Counted from the stretch's first letter, positions 1 to 10,255 are shown. The stretch: DNA of 64,000 nt from Vicingaceae bacterium (GCA_047627915.1 JBLHTZ010000009.1:3055-67054), one strand, 5' to 3'. The notes: generated from the letters alone by a model not told the origin. Program-made: numbers and translations.

Positions 1-804
1 TCTAACAGATTCGTATTGGTTAAATTTTAGAAACTTGTCTAATAAAAGATTAAACTTTCCAACTGGAACATATCCGTTGATGAGTCCTTTTGTGAAATAA
101 ACTACACGGTCTATGTTTTCTTTCTCACCAATACTATCCACAAATTGATACGTCAATAATTCCTTTTTTGTCAACGGAACTTCTCGAAGTTCTTTCCATT
201 TATCTTCTCCTTTTAGCACAATTTCACCGTCCATTTTTAGCGCCAAGTTGCCAATTTCTTTTTCTTCAATTTTTGGCTGTAAACTAATGTTTCGCAAATA
301 GCTCTTCCCTTTTCCCATAATGCTAAAATCCTCTTGATCTGCAGATGCAAAAACAATATCTATATGGAGCTGAGTCGGAAACCACTGTTTGTCTTCAATT
401 AACACGTAACGCTGTTGAACTTTTACCGGAAAGCCCGCAGCGTCGTGTTGTTGTGCAACAAAATTTTCAACTGCAAAGCCATTGGTGTTGACGGTCATTA
501 TACCTTGCAGTGCTTTAAAATTCTTGTTTTTTTGCGGGCGAAAAGAGATAATAAAACTGGTATCTGTTTCGTGAAATATAGTATCTTCTAAAACAAATAA
601 GTATTTGCCTGTGCTTCCTTTACTTATCGGACTTAAATAATTAATTCCATAAATCATGATGTAATCTTGATACAAGGAAAAGGATTGTAATTGGGTAGCA
701 AGCAGACTGAAAAAGAGAGTCTTTAACCCTGAGATGCGCGATTCTGTTACCACTTCGTACGACTTAGTTGGCGGGTAGTGGTTTCGTTGAGAAACCGACT
801 CCAT
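1..804 (-). CDS. DUF5686-type protein, C-terminal portion (runs off the left edge; out of frame with 804..1346)
   Basis: Manual translation of the minus strand from the ATG at 804 gives MESVSQRNHYPPTKSYEVVTESRISGLKTLFFSLLATQLQSFSLYQDYIMIYGINYLSPISKGSTGKYLFVLEDT..., open to position 1. From memory this resembles the central region of Bacteroidota DUF5686 proteins. The frame stays open upstream of the ATG as GGFI-MESVS. Confidence 0.7.
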   Translation of the reverse strand, partial: MESVSQRNHYPPTKSYEVVTESRISGLKTLFFSLLATQLQSFSLYQDYIMIYGINYLSPISKGSTGKYLFVLEDTIFHETDTSFIISFRPQKNKNFKALQGIMTVNTNGFAVENFVAQQHDAAGFPVKVQQRYVLIEDKQWFPTQLHIDIVFASADQEDFSIMGKGKSYLRNISLQPKIEEKEIGNLALKMDGEIVLKGEDKWKELREVPLTKKELLTYQFVDSIGEKENIDRVVYFTKGLINGYVPVGKFNLLLDKFLKFNQYESVR

Positions 805-1346
805 TATAAACCCACCTTAGAGTCTGGAAAGCTATCCACGTTTTCTTGTTGAACACTTCGTATGGTAATAGAGTCTAACTTACTTCTGGAGTTGGTATCC
901 ATGGGACTCGTAAATACCATTTTATTGTAGGATTCGTAGTAGAAATAAGAGGAAAGCTCCGGGTTGTTAAGATCTCTATTTTCAATGGCTTTGTTGATGA
1001 TTCGATGAGCAGGATTTTCTCCCGGCAAAACTTCAACTTCCTCAATCTTATAGCTGCCCCTCTTTAAATAAATGAGATAGTTTTGTGCCTTTAACTTCTC
1101 AAGACTAATGTATTTGTTCTCATAGCCTATGGCGCTGAAACGAAATTGTTTGACTCGAAAGTTTTTACTGAATTCATAAAAGCCGTCAATATCTGTTGCA
1201 ATACCAGTTTTACTATCTTTAAATAATATTGTTGCGAAAGCAATTCCTTCTTTTGTTTCGCTATCAATTACTTGTCCCTCGGTATTTGCCTGAGCATTCG
1301 CGACAAGCAAAATGAATGACAAAAATAAGATGAGGTAGTTTTTCAT
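804..1346 (-). CDS. CarboxypepD_reg-like N-terminal portion of the same DUF5686-type gene (probable frameshifted gene)
   Basis: Signal peptide MKNYLILFLSFILLVANAQA from the ATG at 1346, then GQVIDSETKEGIAFATILFKDSKTGIATDIDGFYEF, typical of the carboxypeptidase-regulatory-like domain. It ends in a TAA that overlaps the ATG of the next fragment (TAATG at 802..806). Confidence 0.7.
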   Translation of the reverse strand: MKNYLILFLSFILLVANAQANTEGQVIDSETKEGIAFATILFKDSKTGIATDIDGFYEFSKNFRVKQFRFSAIGYENKYISLEKLKAQNYLIYLKRGSYKIEEVEVLPGENPAHRIINKAIENRDLNNPELSSYFYYESYNKMVFTSPMDTNSRSKLDSITIRSVQQENVDSFPDSKVGL

Positions 1347-1459
1347 GATCTTTTGCGCTAGGAAACAAAAATAATGCCTCGATTTAATATTCAATTATTC
1401 GTTTACAAGAACGGCAATTGAATTTAAACCTTTATCCTTTTCGGCAAACTCAGAACCAT

Positions 1460-1467
1460 TACTTTTG
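1460..1467 (+). promoter_or_regulatory. Bacteroidota -7 promoter box TACTTTTG upstream of the radical SAM gene
   Basis: Exact match to TAnnTTTG, 34 nt upstream of the ATG at 1502. It lies downstream of the TTG at 1418 used by the ORF track, which favours 1502 as the start. Confidence 0.45.
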
Positions 1468-1501
1468 TCAGGTGAAAATTTACTTCAACGACAGTTTGCA
1501 A

Positions 1502-2494
1502 ATGATGAAAAAAGCTTCTTTTAGAAGGTTTGCGAACGCGCTAAAGGTTTACGGAAGTTATTATCGATCCAAATGGAGTGGCAAACCAAATCAGAAGGGT
1601 TTTCCCATGGCAATTGCCATAGAACCTACTACAGCTTGTAATTTAGGTTGCCCTGAATGTCCAAGTGGGCTAAAACAATTTACCCGACCAACTGGAAACT
1701 TGAAAGAAGGTTTTTACAAAAAAGTAATTGATCAGGTTTGGAGAGAAACATTTTACCTGACCTTTTATTTTCAAGGGGAACCATACATTAACCCTAAGTT
1801 TTTGGACATGGTGAAGTACGGTTCCGATCGGAAAATGTACACCACAACTTCAACAAATGCTCATTTTTTAACTCCTGAAAATGCAGTAAAAACAGTAGAA
1901 TCAGGGTTAAGTCGATTAATTATTTCTATTGATGGAACGACACAAGAAACGTATGAAAACTATCGAATAGGAGGAACACTTTCAAAGGTGTTGGAAGGGA
2001 CAAAGAATATTGTGAAAGCAAAAAAAGAGGCAAAGTCATCAACGCCTCATATTATTTTTCAATTCTTGGTGGTTAAACCCAATGAACACCAAATTGATGA
2101 AGTGTTTGAGTTGGCTAAAGAATACGGAGTAGATGAGGTGAAGTTAAAAACAGCACAAGTATACGAGTATGAAAATGGGAATGAATTGATTCCTGAAAAC
2201 GACAAATATTCTCGCTACAGAAAGTTGGATAACGGCAAGTATCAGATTAAAAACTCCTTAGAAAATAACTGTTGGAAGCTGTGGCACTCGTGCGTAATTA
2301 CTTGGGACGGGAAAGTTATTCCTTGTTGTTTTGACAAAGATGCCAATCACCGCTTGGGGGAACTTGAAAAGGATGATTTTAAGAAAATTTGGTTCAGCGA
2401 AAGTTACAATGGCTTTAGGAAACAACTCTTTAAAGGCCGCGAGAATATAGATATCTGTAAAAACTGTTCTGAAGGGACTAAAGTTTGGGCTTAA
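1502..2494 (+). CDS. radical SAM protein with C-terminal SPASM-type Cys cluster
   Basis: CNLGCPECPSG (CxxxCxxC) near the N-terminus. C-terminal CWKLWHSCVITWDGKVIPCCFDKD...CKNCSEG fits the SPASM/twitch auxiliary-cluster pattern. Confidence 0.85.
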   Translation: MMKKASFRRFANALKVYGSYYRSKWSGKPNQKGFPMAIAIEPTTACNLGCPECPSGLKQFTRPTGNLKEGFYKKVIDQVWRETFYLTFYFQGEPYINPKFLDMVKYGSDRKMYTTTSTNAHFLTPENAVKTVESGLSRLIISIDGTTQETYENYRIGGTLSKVLEGTKNIVKAKKEAKSSTPHIIFQFLVVKPNEHQIDEVFELAKEYGVDEVKLKTAQVYEYENGNELIPENDKYSRYRKLDNGKYQIKNSLENNCWKLWHSCVITWDGKVIPCCFDKDANHRLGELEKDDFKKIWFSESYNGFRKQLFKGRENIDICKNCSEGTKVWA

Positions 2495-2605
2495 TTTGTT
2501 TTAAACTTCGAGATCATTCAAATTAACTTATCGCGTGTTTCGAGGGACGACGAATGTATTAAAGCACAAACAATAAAAAGCCTCTTAATAAGTAAGGGGT
2601 CACAC

Positions 2606-4234
2606 TTAGCTCAAATACCTTCCGACTATTGGCATTCTCCTTCCCATTCCAAATGCTTTTGAAGAAACTCTTAGAATTGGTGGTGTTTGGTGGCGTTTGT
2701 ATTCGTTCATGTTCACCAACTTTAATATGCGTTTAACAAGTTTTTCATCAAACCCCTTCTCAATTAAATTTGCAGGACTCTGGCGGTTTTCAATGTATTC
2801 GAAAAGAATAGTATCTAAGATCTCATAATCTGGTAAGGAGTCAGAATCAAACTGATCCGGTCTTAATTCGGCAGAAGGAGGTTTGGTAATAATATTATCA
2901 GGAATAATTTCAGCATCTCGGTTGATAAAATGGCATAAGTCAAAAACTTCAGTTTTATAAACATCCCCAATCACGGAAAGGCCGCCGGCCATATCACCGT
3001 ACAAGGTTCCATAACCTACTGCCAATTCACTTTTATTCGAAGTATTGAGTAGAATTGACCCAAACTTATTGCTTTGAGCCATTAATAACGTTCCTCGTAT
3101 TCGAGACTGTATGTTCTCTTCAGCAATGCCAAATGTTGTTCCTTCGAATAAGTTTGTTAGCTGCTTATCAAATGATTGGTAAATATTTTCAATCTCAATG
3201 ATGTGGTAGTTGCAACCTAGATTTTTACACAATTCTAACGAATCAGAAATGCTGTGTTCTGAAGAAAACTGAGAAGGCATTAGAATGGGGCATACATTTT
3301 CCTTGCCCAATGCTTTTACAGCAAGCGCAAGCGTTAATGCAGAGTCAATACCGCCACTTAAGCCTAGTGTTGCAGTTTTGAAGTTTAATTTTTTGAAATA
3401 ATCTTTAATTCCTAACACAAGCGCAGCTTCAATTTTTTCGTATTTCGAAGGAATAGAAGTCTCCTTTTGCTTGCTTAATGCTTGAGTGTCAAATATGGAA
3501 AAATACTCTTCAAAGAATGGAAGTTGAGAAATTAATTCTCCATTTTGATTATAGACACAAGAGCCACCATCAAAAATTAACTCAGTTTGTGCACCAACAT
3601 GGTTTACGTAAAAAACAGGTAAGTTGTATTTTTTTGTGTTCCATTTTAATACCTCATCTCTGTTGTTGGTTTGACTCACCGCAAATGGCGAGGCGGCAAT
3701 ATTGATCATAAAATCGGGTGATTCTAAACTCAACTTTTCCATTGGAGAGTTAGGGTAGAGCTCTTTTCCATCAATGTTCCACAAGTCTTCACAAATAGTT
3801 AAAGCAAATTTTTCGCCTAAATATTCGATGCATTGCACCTCTTCTGCTGGTTCAAAATAGCGGTACTCATCAAAGACATCATACGTGGGAAGCAACTGTT
3901 TATAGTGCGTAGAAATAACTTTACCTTCAGCTAAGAAAAAGGCAGTGTTGTATAGTTTTTTCCCACTATTCAAGGCATTCCAAGAGGGGCCCCCAACTAT
4001 TGCTGCAATGCCAACACATTTGGAGGCGATTCGATTTACTGCGTTGAGGCAAAGGTTAATAAAGTTCTCGAACTCTAAAAAGTCTCTTGGTGGATAGCCG
4101 CAAACTGCTAGTTCAGAAAATACAACTAAGTCAACATTTTCAGCTTTTGCTTTTTGAAGATTAGTTAAAATCTTTGCTTCGTTGGCTTCAAAATTTCCAA
4201 TGTGGTAATTGAGCTGAGCTAGCGCTATTTTCAT
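2606..4234 (-). CDS. nadE: glutamine-dependent NAD+ synthetase
   Basis: N-terminal CN-hydrolase (glutaminase) domain plus a C-terminal PP-loop GLSGGIDSA. 542 aa, typical of the fused form. Confidence 0.95.
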   Translation of the reverse strand: MKIALAQLNYHIGNFEANEAKILTNLQKAKAENVDLVVFSELAVCGYPPRDFLEFENFINLCLNAVNRIASKCVGIAAIVGGPSWNALNSGKKLYNTAFFLAEGKVISTHYKQLLPTYDVFDEYRYFEPAEEVQCIEYLGEKFALTICEDLWNIDGKELYPNSPMEKLSLESPDFMINIAASPFAVSQTNNRDEVLKWNTKKYNLPVFYVNHVGAQTELIFDGGSCVYNQNGELISQLPFFEEYFSIFDTQALSKQKETSIPSKYEKIEAALVLGIKDYFKKLNFKTATLGLSGGIDSALTLALAVKALGKENVCPILMPSQFSSEHSISDSLELCKNLGCNYHIIEIENIYQSFDKQLTNLFEGTTFGIAEENIQSRIRGTLLMAQSNKFGSILLNTSNKSELAVGYGTLYGDMAGGLSVIGDVYKTEVFDLCHFINRDAEIIPDNIITKPPSAELRPDQFDSDSLPDYEILDTILFEYIENRQSPANLIEKGFDEKLVKRILKLVNMNEYKRHQTPPILRVSSKAFGMGRRMPIVGRYLS

Positions 4235-4246
4235 GTGAAGAGATGC

Positions 4247-5014
4247 TTAGAAAAGTAGACCAATGTTTAAAACAATCATGTTGTTAATTGATTTGGCACT
4301 TTTAGATCTACCTGGTTCAGGCTCTCCAGCTGCAGGGACCTCAACATTTCCTGCGCCGTTTGCAGAATAAACATCCTTACTGAAAATATTGGTAAACCCA
4401 TTATTAAAGGTAACTCCGGCGACTAAAGAAGTACTTCCAGATAGATTGTATTCGACTCCAGCACCAATAATTAATGCTGCTCTGAATAAGTTGATTTCGT
4501 CGTTGTAGTCTACTTCTTCGTTAGAAATTGGTTGGCTAGAGTTTCCATTTGCAGGCACATAGGTGAATTTCTCATCTGCCAATGCTCTATAATTTGCAGC
4601 CAATCCAAGACCAACTTGTGCGTAGTACTTCATGTAGCCTACTTCGTTGGTTCTTAATTTTAAGGTTAATGGTACCTCTATGTAATTTAAACGTACATCT
4701 GCAACAGTAGACCCGTAACCGTTTTCTAAGTCCCCTTGTGTATTGGTAACTTCCTGCACGTCCGGTTTAATTGCAGTGAACCCTGTATTCACAAGTTGAA
4801 TACCTGTAGAAAAAATGTAGTTGTCAGAAATGTTAAAGTCCCCAATAACACCAAAAGTATAGCCTATCTTAGCACCATCGGCTTCAATATTATCACCGAC
4901 TGGTTTCAACCAGCCAATGCTTGGAGAAAACTGCAATCCTAGTTGAAAGTCTTTTTGTGCGAAACTTCCAATTACAAGTGCTAAAAGGACGGCGAGCAAC
5001 GTAGTCTTTTTCAT
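4247..5014 (-). CDS. outer membrane beta-barrel (porin-family) protein
   Basis: Signal peptide MKKTTLLAVLLALVIGSFAQ from the ATG at 5014, alternating beta-strand pattern and a terminal aromatic residue (..NIGLLF). Confidence 0.7.
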   Translation of the reverse strand: MKKTTLLAVLLALVIGSFAQKDFQLGLQFSPSIGWLKPVGDNIEADGAKIGYTFGVIGDFNISDNYIFSTGIQLVNTGFTAIKPDVQEVTNTQGDLENGYGSTVADVRLNYIEVPLTLKLRTNEVGYMKYYAQVGLGLAANYRALADEKFTYVPANGNSSQPISNEEVDYNDEINLFRAALIIGAGVEYNLSGSTSLVAGVTFNNGFTNIFSKDVYSANGAGNVEVPAAGEPEPGRSKSAKSINNMIVLNIGLLF

Positions 5015-5021
5015 AATTTTG
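5014..5021 (+). promoter_or_regulatory. -7 promoter box TAATTTTG upstream of gldB
   Basis: Exact TAnnTTTG match 38 nt upstream of the ATG at 5060. Confidence 0.4.
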
Positions 5022-5059
5022 TTTGTATTATTTATTACAAAGCTAAGTTGTTTTTTCAA

Positions 5060-6082
5060 ATGAAGTTAAAAACCGTTATTTCAATTTATTTACTCAGCAC
5101 TCTCGCCTTGTCTTCATGCGATTCAAATAGGTTTGAAGTAGCAATTGAAAAAATTACGATAGGTCAGGATTATCGTAGGTTTGACCTAGATGTGATGGAT
5201 GTTAAAAAGGACGGAGCGAGCCAAGAGGAATGGGGCTTGTTGAATGAAAAATATTCTAACTTTTTTCCGCTATATGTAGAAGGGATTATGGGTTTTGGCA
5301 GAATGAATGACCCGTTAATTATAAATATTTTTAATCAGTACTTGAACAACAAAGACATTGTAGAGGTGTTAGATCAGGTAAAAGAAATGTATCCCGAGGG
5401 TTCTTTGAAGCCTGAATTTGCAGATTTGGAGGATGCTTTTAAACGATACCATTATTATTTTCCTGAAAGAATTGTTCCCGATGTGGTAACCATGACAGCT
5501 GCGTTTAACTATGCAACTGCAGCAGACGATCAAGTTTTGGCGATTGGCCTTGATATGTATTTGGGTGGCAACTTTGAAATTTACCCTAAGATTGGGATTC
5601 CAAAATATAAGTTTCAAAACTTTGATCGCTTATACATAGTTCCTGATGCTATGAAAGCGTGGTTGCTTACTGAATTTGAAACTGCAGGAGGTCAAGACTT
5701 TTTAGAGCAAATGGTCTATTATGGTAAGGTTGCCTATTTATTGGAAGCGTTTTTACCCAACCAGGAAAAACATTTGTTTTTTAACTATTCGCCAGAAGAT
5801 TTGGCCTGGTGTGAAGACAATGAAGGTTCAATTTGGTTTCATTTCATTGACTTGGAATTGCTTTTTTCTACAGAAAACCATCAAATAAGGAAATACATGG
5901 GCGATGCGCCATTTGTTGCAGGCTTTCCTCAAGGTTCTCCCGGTAGAGTAGGTCAATGGGTAGGATACCAATTGGTTAAATCTTTTATGGAAAATAACCA
6001 AGATGTTGGCTTGGAAGAGTTAATGGAAATTCAAGACGCCAATAGAATATTAAGAATGTCGAATTATAAACCACAACGATAA
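5060..6082 (+). CDS. gldB: gliding-motility lipoprotein GldB-like
   Basis: Lipoprotein signal (..LALSSC), about 340 aa. Its stop overlaps the start of a roughly 110-aa partner (TAATG), matching the gldB-gldC gene pair known from Flavobacterium johnsoniae. Confidence 0.7.
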   Translation: MKLKTVISIYLLSTLALSSCDSNRFEVAIEKITIGQDYRRFDLDVMDVKKDGASQEEWGLLNEKYSNFFPLYVEGIMGFGRMNDPLIINIFNQYLNNKDIVEVLDQVKEMYPEGSLKPEFADLEDAFKRYHYYFPERIVPDVVTMTAAFNYATAADDQVLAIGLDMYLGGNFEIYPKIGIPKYKFQNFDRLYIVPDAMKAWLLTEFETAGGQDFLEQMVYYGKVAYLLEAFLPNQEKHLFFNYSPEDLAWCEDNEGSIWFHFIDLELLFSTENHQIRKYMGDAPFVAGFPQGSPGRVGQWVGYQLVKSFMENNQDVGLEELMEIQDANRILRMSNYKPQR

Positions 6083-6414
6083 TGTCAAGAGAATCAGAAA
6101 TTAATTTCAAGATAAAATTAGATGAAAACCAAGTTCCGGAATCCATCGAGTGGACAGCAGAAGGCTCTGAAAAGGAGAAATTAAACCTTAGTAAAGCCAT
6201 TAATTTGGCAATTTGGGACGAAGAAGAAAACAATACGCTGCGTATTGACTTGTGGACCAAAGGAATGATGGTTGATGAGATGAAAAAATTCGCTGCGCAA
6301 AACATCATTACCATGGCAGATTCTTTTGAGCGATCTACGGGAGAGAAAGACATTGCAGAGGAGATTCGGGAGTTTGGAAAGAAGATTGCGGTAAAAATGG
6401 GTGTTCTGAAATAA
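6082..6414 (+). CDS. gldC: gliding-motility protein GldC-like
   Basis: 110-aa soluble protein translationally coupled to gldB. Size and position fit GldC, and EINFKIKLDENQVPESIEWTA...LRIDLWTKGMMVDEM fits my recollection of the family. Confidence 0.65.
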   Translation: MSRESEINFKIKLDENQVPESIEWTAEGSEKEKLNLSKAINLAIWDEEENNTLRIDLWTKGMMVDEMKKFAAQNIITMADSFERSTGEKDIAEEIREFGKKIAVKMGVLK

Positions 6415-6435
6415 ATCATACTTGTATATGATGCG

Positions 6436-6453
6436 GCTAAATTCTAATTTAGC
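6436..6453. promoter_or_regulatory. 8-2-8 perfect palindrome GCTAAATTctAATTTAGC upstream of ftsX
   Basis: Read directly from the sequence, 15 nt upstream of the ftsX ATG. It overlaps a near -7 box (TAATTTAG). Confidence 0.35.
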
Positions 6454-6468
6454 ACAATTCTAAAAGCT

Positions 6469-7344
6469 ATGGCAAAACAAGAAAGTCAGAAATCAGCAAT
6501 TAAGGTAAGAACCTCATACGTTTCTACCATTATCAGTATTTCGTTGGTTTTGTTCATGTTGGGCATGCTGGGCATTATTTTGTTAAATGCCAAACAGATC
6601 TCTGATCATGTAAAAGAAAACATAGGGTTCTCATTGTACCTGAAGGAAAACTTATCTGAAACAGATATTTCGCGCTTGAAACAAGTTCTAGAGGCAAAGG
6701 AATACACTAACAGAATAGAATATATCGATAAAGAACAGGCTGCTGAAATAATGAAAAAGGAGCTAGGTGAGGATTTTGTTGAATTTTTAGATTTCAACCC
6801 ACTTTCCGGTAGCATTGATTTGTACTTAAACGCCAAGTTCGCGGAAGAGGGAAGTGCAGCATTAATTGAAAAAGAACTGAAACGCTTGCCGGCTGTAAGA
6901 ATGGTAGATTACCAAATGGATTTGATTGCGGCGGTGAATAAAAATGTCCAAAAAATTGGACTGGTTTTATTGGGATTCAGTTTATTACTTTTAATTGTTG
7001 TGATTGCATTGATAAATAATACGATTCGATTGGCTATTTATTCTAAACGCTTCTTAATTAAAACAATGCAGTTGGTAGGGGCAACCGGAGGATTTATTCG
7101 AAGACCATTTGTTGCTCGTGGAGTGCTAAATGGTTTCCTAAGTGGTTTGATTGCTGTTGCCTTACTATCAGGAGTGATGTATAGTATCAAGAGTAACTTG
7201 CCTGAATTTTTTGAATTACAAAACTTTAACTTTTACGGAATTCTGTTTGGTTTGGTAGTAACATTAGGAATCTTAATTTCGTGGGTGTCAACCTCTCTTG
7301 CAGTGCGCAAATTTTTAAGAATGCAAAGCGGAGATTTATATTAA
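6469..7344 (+). CDS. ftsX: cell-division ABC transporter permease FtsX-like
   Basis: N-terminal TM segment, periplasmic loop and three C-terminal TM segments. 291 aa, typical FtsX layout. Confidence 0.85.
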   Translation: MAKQESQKSAIKVRTSYVSTIISISLVLFMLGMLGIILLNAKQISDHVKENIGFSLYLKENLSETDISRLKQVLEAKEYTNRIEYIDKEQAAEIMKKELGEDFVEFLDFNPLSGSIDLYLNAKFAEEGSAALIEKELKRLPAVRMVDYQMDLIAAVNKNVQKIGLVLLGFSLLLLIVVIALINNTIRLAIYSKRFLIKTMQLVGATGGFIRRPFVARGVLNGFLSGLIAVALLSGVMYSIKSNLPEFFELQNFNFYGILFGLVVTLGILISWVSTSLAVRKFLRMQSGDLY

Positions 7345-7348
7345 AATT

Positions 7349-7588
7349 ATGAGTGAATCAACAAAAAACGAACTCGCCTTTGGCAAAGAGAATTACAAAT
7401 TGTTTATAGCAGCAGTTGTTGTAGTCATAATTGGTTATTTATTAATGGTTGGCGGAGGGTCTGATGACCCAACAGTATTCAACGGAGAGGAGTTGTTCTC
7501 TCCAATTCGAATTACTGTTGCTCCAATCATAGTTCTTTTAGGCTTCGGAATTGGAATGTATGCCATTATGAAGAAATCGAAAGATTAA
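7349..7588 (+). CDS. small two-TM membrane protein (DUF3098-like)
   Basis: 79 aa with two hydrophobic helices. It sits directly downstream of ftsX, as is usual in Bacteroidota. Confidence 0.6.
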   Translation: MSESTKNELAFGKENYKLFIAAVVVVIIGYLLMVGGGSDDPTVFNGEELFSPIRITVAPIIVLLGFGIGMYAIMKKSKD

Positions 7589-7603
7589 CTCAAGCATTTT
7601 TTC

Positions 7604-8299
7604 ATGCCAAATTTTATTGAAGGGGAAGTTCTCCTGATTGATAAGCCGCTAACCTGGACATCTTTTGATGCAGTGAATAAGCTAAAGTATGCATTGCAGC
7701 GATCGACCGGTGTAAAGAAAGTTAAAGTTGGACATGCAGGCACGCTAGATCCTCTAGCTTCTGGATTATTAATCGTTTGCACAGGTAAGAAAACAAAAAC
7801 CATAGAATCCATTCAAGGATTAAAGAAGGAATATACCGGAATTATACAGTTGGGTGCGACAACACCTTCCTATGATTTGGAAACGGAACCTGATAATTTT
7901 CAAGAAACAAGCCACTTAAATGACGCTTATTTGTGCAAAGTTGCGAATGACATGGAAGGTGAAGTAGACCAGTTACCTCCTATTTTTTCAGCAAAAAAAA
8001 TTGACGGTAAAAGAGCTTATAGTTTAGCAAGAGCCGGGAAAATCCCTGAAATGAAAACGAAGCGAATTTCAATTCATTCGTTTGAAATTAAGCAGATAGA
8101 AGGCGTAGAAGTACACTTTAGAATTACTTGTTCAAAAGGAACTTACATTCGGTCTATTGCACATGATTTTGGAAAAAAAATAGGTGTTGGAGGTTACCTA
8201 AAAGCCCTTCGCCGAACGAAAATAGGGGAGTTTAATGTTGCTACTGCGATGACAATTGATGAAGCCAGTTCTTACATTGAACAGCATTCGTTAGTTTAG
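7604..8299 (+). CDS. truB: tRNA pseudouridine(55) synthase
   Basis: [14 protein letters not shown] catalytic-Asp motif. 231 aa. Confidence 0.95.
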   Translation: MPNFIEGEVLLIDKPLTWTSFDAVNKLKYALQRSTGVKKVKVGHAGTLDPLASGLLIVCTGKKTKTIESIQGLKKEYTGIIQLGATTPSYDLETEPDNFQETSHLNDAYLCKVANDMEGEVDQLPPIFSAKKIDGKRAYSLARAGKIPEMKTKRISIHSFEIKQIEGVEVHFRITCSKGTYIRSIAHDFGKKIGVGGYLKALRRTKIGEFNVATAMTIDEASSYIEQHSLV

Positions 8300-8358
8300 T
8301 CCATTTTTCGTAACTTCGCACTTCATTTTTTCGGAACGATACTAATCACTCAAGCACA

Positions 8359-9405
8359 ATGAAATTATCAAAGTTCAAATTCGATTTACCTGAAGAATTA
8401 ATTGCTCAACGACCTACTCCAAACCGAGATGAATCTCGCATGATGGTTGTTAACAGAAAAGAGGGTACCATTGAACATAGAGAGTTCAAAGACATCATGG
8501 ACTATTTGAACGAAGGGGACGTTATGGTAATGAATGATACCAAGGTTTTTCCGGCTAGGATGTACGGGAATAAAGAAAAAACTGGAGCAAAAATCGAAGT
8601 ATTCTTATTGCGAGAATTGAACGGGGAAAACTTGCTTTGGGATGTTTTAGTGGATCCTGCCAGAAAAATAAGAATTGGAAACAAGCTATACTTTGGAGAC
8701 GACGATTTAGTAGCTGAAGTAATTGACAATACAACATCTAGAGGAAGAACATTGCGATTCTTGTTTGATGGAACCCACGATGAATTTAAGGCAATTATTG
8801 AAAGATTGGGAGAAACTCCAATTCCAAAATACATTGACCGGCCGGTTGAGCCAGAAGATGAAGATCGTTATCAAACCGTGTACGCTAAAAATGAAGGAGC
8901 AGTTGCAGCGCCAACAGCAGGACTACACTTTAGTAAGCACCTTATGAAGAAGTGTGAAATTTTAGGAGTTGAATTTGCACCTGTGACGTTGCATGTAGGT
9001 TTAGGAACATTTAGAAGTGTTGAAGTAGAAGATTTAACAAAGCACAAGATGGATTCTGAAGAAATTGAGATTCTTGAGTCAACTTGCGACATGGTTAACA
9101 GTGCAAAGAAGAATAAACAGAAGATTTTAGCTGTTGGTACAACTAGTATGCGTTGTTTAGAAACTTCGGTTTCTACCAATGGAGAGTTGAAGCCTTACAA
9201 GGGTTGGACAAACAAGTTTATCTTCCCAAAATATAAGTTTAGCATTGCAGACATGATGGTGACCAACTTTCATAGTCCAGAATCTACTTTATTAATGATG
9301 ACCGCTGCATTCGGAGGGTACGATTTGATTATGAAGGCTTACGAAACCGCAATTAAGGAGAAATATAGATTCTCAAGTTATGGTGATGCGATGTTAATCA
9401 TCTAA
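8359..9405 (+). CDS. queA: S-adenosylmethionine:tRNA ribosyltransferase-isomerase
   Basis: [21 protein letters not shown]-terminus, [12 protein letters not shown] and VGTTSMR motifs. Confidence 0.95.
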   Translation: MKLSKFKFDLPEELIAQRPTPNRDESRMMVVNRKEGTIEHREFKDIMDYLNEGDVMVMNDTKVFPARMYGNKEKTGAKIEVFLLRELNGENLLWDVLVDPARKIRIGNKLYFGDDDLVAEVIDNTTSRGRTLRFLFDGTHDEFKAIIERLGETPIPKYIDRPVEPEDEDRYQTVYAKNEGAVAAPTAGLHFSKHLMKKCEILGVEFAPVTLHVGLGTFRSVEVEDLTKHKMDSEEIEILESTCDMVNSAKKNKQKILAVGTTSMRCLETSVSTNGELKPYKGWTNKFIFPKYKFSIADMMVTNFHSPESTLLMMTAAFGGYDLIMKAYETAIKEKYRFSSYGDAMLII

Positions 9406-9407
9406 AT

Positions 9408-10067
9408 TTGAAACAATATGTAATCATAGTTGCCGGAGGGAAAGGTTTACGAATGGGAGCAACCATTCCAAAGCAGTTTATTGAAATTAAAGGCAAGGCA
9501 ATTATCTTACATACATTAGAGAAATTCAAAGAAGCTTTGCCCTTGGCGGAGCTTCTTTTGGTTTTGCCAATATCTGAAATACCACGTTGGCAAGAAATCT
9601 CAAACGGCACGGCTTTCGAAAACATAAAAATTGCAAATGGCGGGGATGTAAGGTTTGAATCTGTAAAAGCTGGACTAAGTTTAGTTAAGTCTGAAGGAAT
9701 TGTTGGCGTGCACGATGCAGTTCGTCCATTTGTATCAATAGCGACAATTCAAAGTGTTTTTGAGGCGGCAGAAAGGTTGGGAGCAGCTATTCCCGTGGTG
9801 GGGTTAAAAGAAAGTATTCGAAAAGTGGATGCTGACTATTCAATTGCAGTTGACCGGTGTGCATTTAGGATCGTACAAACACCTCAATGTTTTGACGTTA
9901 ATTTACTCAAACACGCCTATGAACAAGTGTTCAATACAAGTTTTACAGATGATGCTTCTGTGGTCGAAGCCCATGGTAAAAAGGTTAGTTTGGTAGATGG
10001 AAACTACGCCAATATTAAGATTACAACGGTTGAAGATTTAAAGATTGGAGAAGCTCTTTTAGAGTGA
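9408..10067 (+). CDS. ispD: 2-C-methyl-D-erythritol 4-phosphate cytidylyltransferase
   Basis: IIVAGGKGLRMG nucleotide-binding motif at residues 6-17. The first in-frame ATG falls inside this motif, so a TTG start at 9408 is required. The gene ends in TGA. Confidence 0.9.
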   Translation: MKQYVIIVAGGKGLRMGATIPKQFIEIKGKAIILHTLEKFKEALPLAELLLVLPISEIPRWQEISNGTAFENIKIANGGDVRFESVKAGLSLVKSEGIVGVHDAVRPFVSIATIQSVFEAAERLGAAIPVVGLKESIRKVDADYSIAVDRCAFRIVQTPQCFDVNLLKHAYEQVFNTSFTDDASVVEAHGKKVSLVDGNYANIKITTVEDLKIGEALLE

Positions 10068-10247
10068 AATCTTGGAATTACGAACCATGGAATAGCAGAT
10101 AAGCAATTTAGCCTTCACCATTTTTTCCTTTTTCGCTCATCCTTGCGAGTATTCTAACATCGTTCATCTTATATCTTAAAATTATTCTGAATTGAAGTAT
10201 TATTCCTAAGAGGTTAGTAATTATCAACGACCCTTATAGATTCTACT

Positions 10248-10255
10248 TATATTTG
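10248..10255 (+). promoter_or_regulatory. -7 promoter box TATATTTG
   Basis: Exact TAnnTTTG match 22 nt upstream of the ATG at 10278. Confidence 0.45.

Noticed and set aside
5985-6419. 144-aa minus-strand ORF covering gldC
   Set aside because: It is fully antisense to the translationally coupled gldB-gldC pair. Its composition is typical of a shadow ORF.
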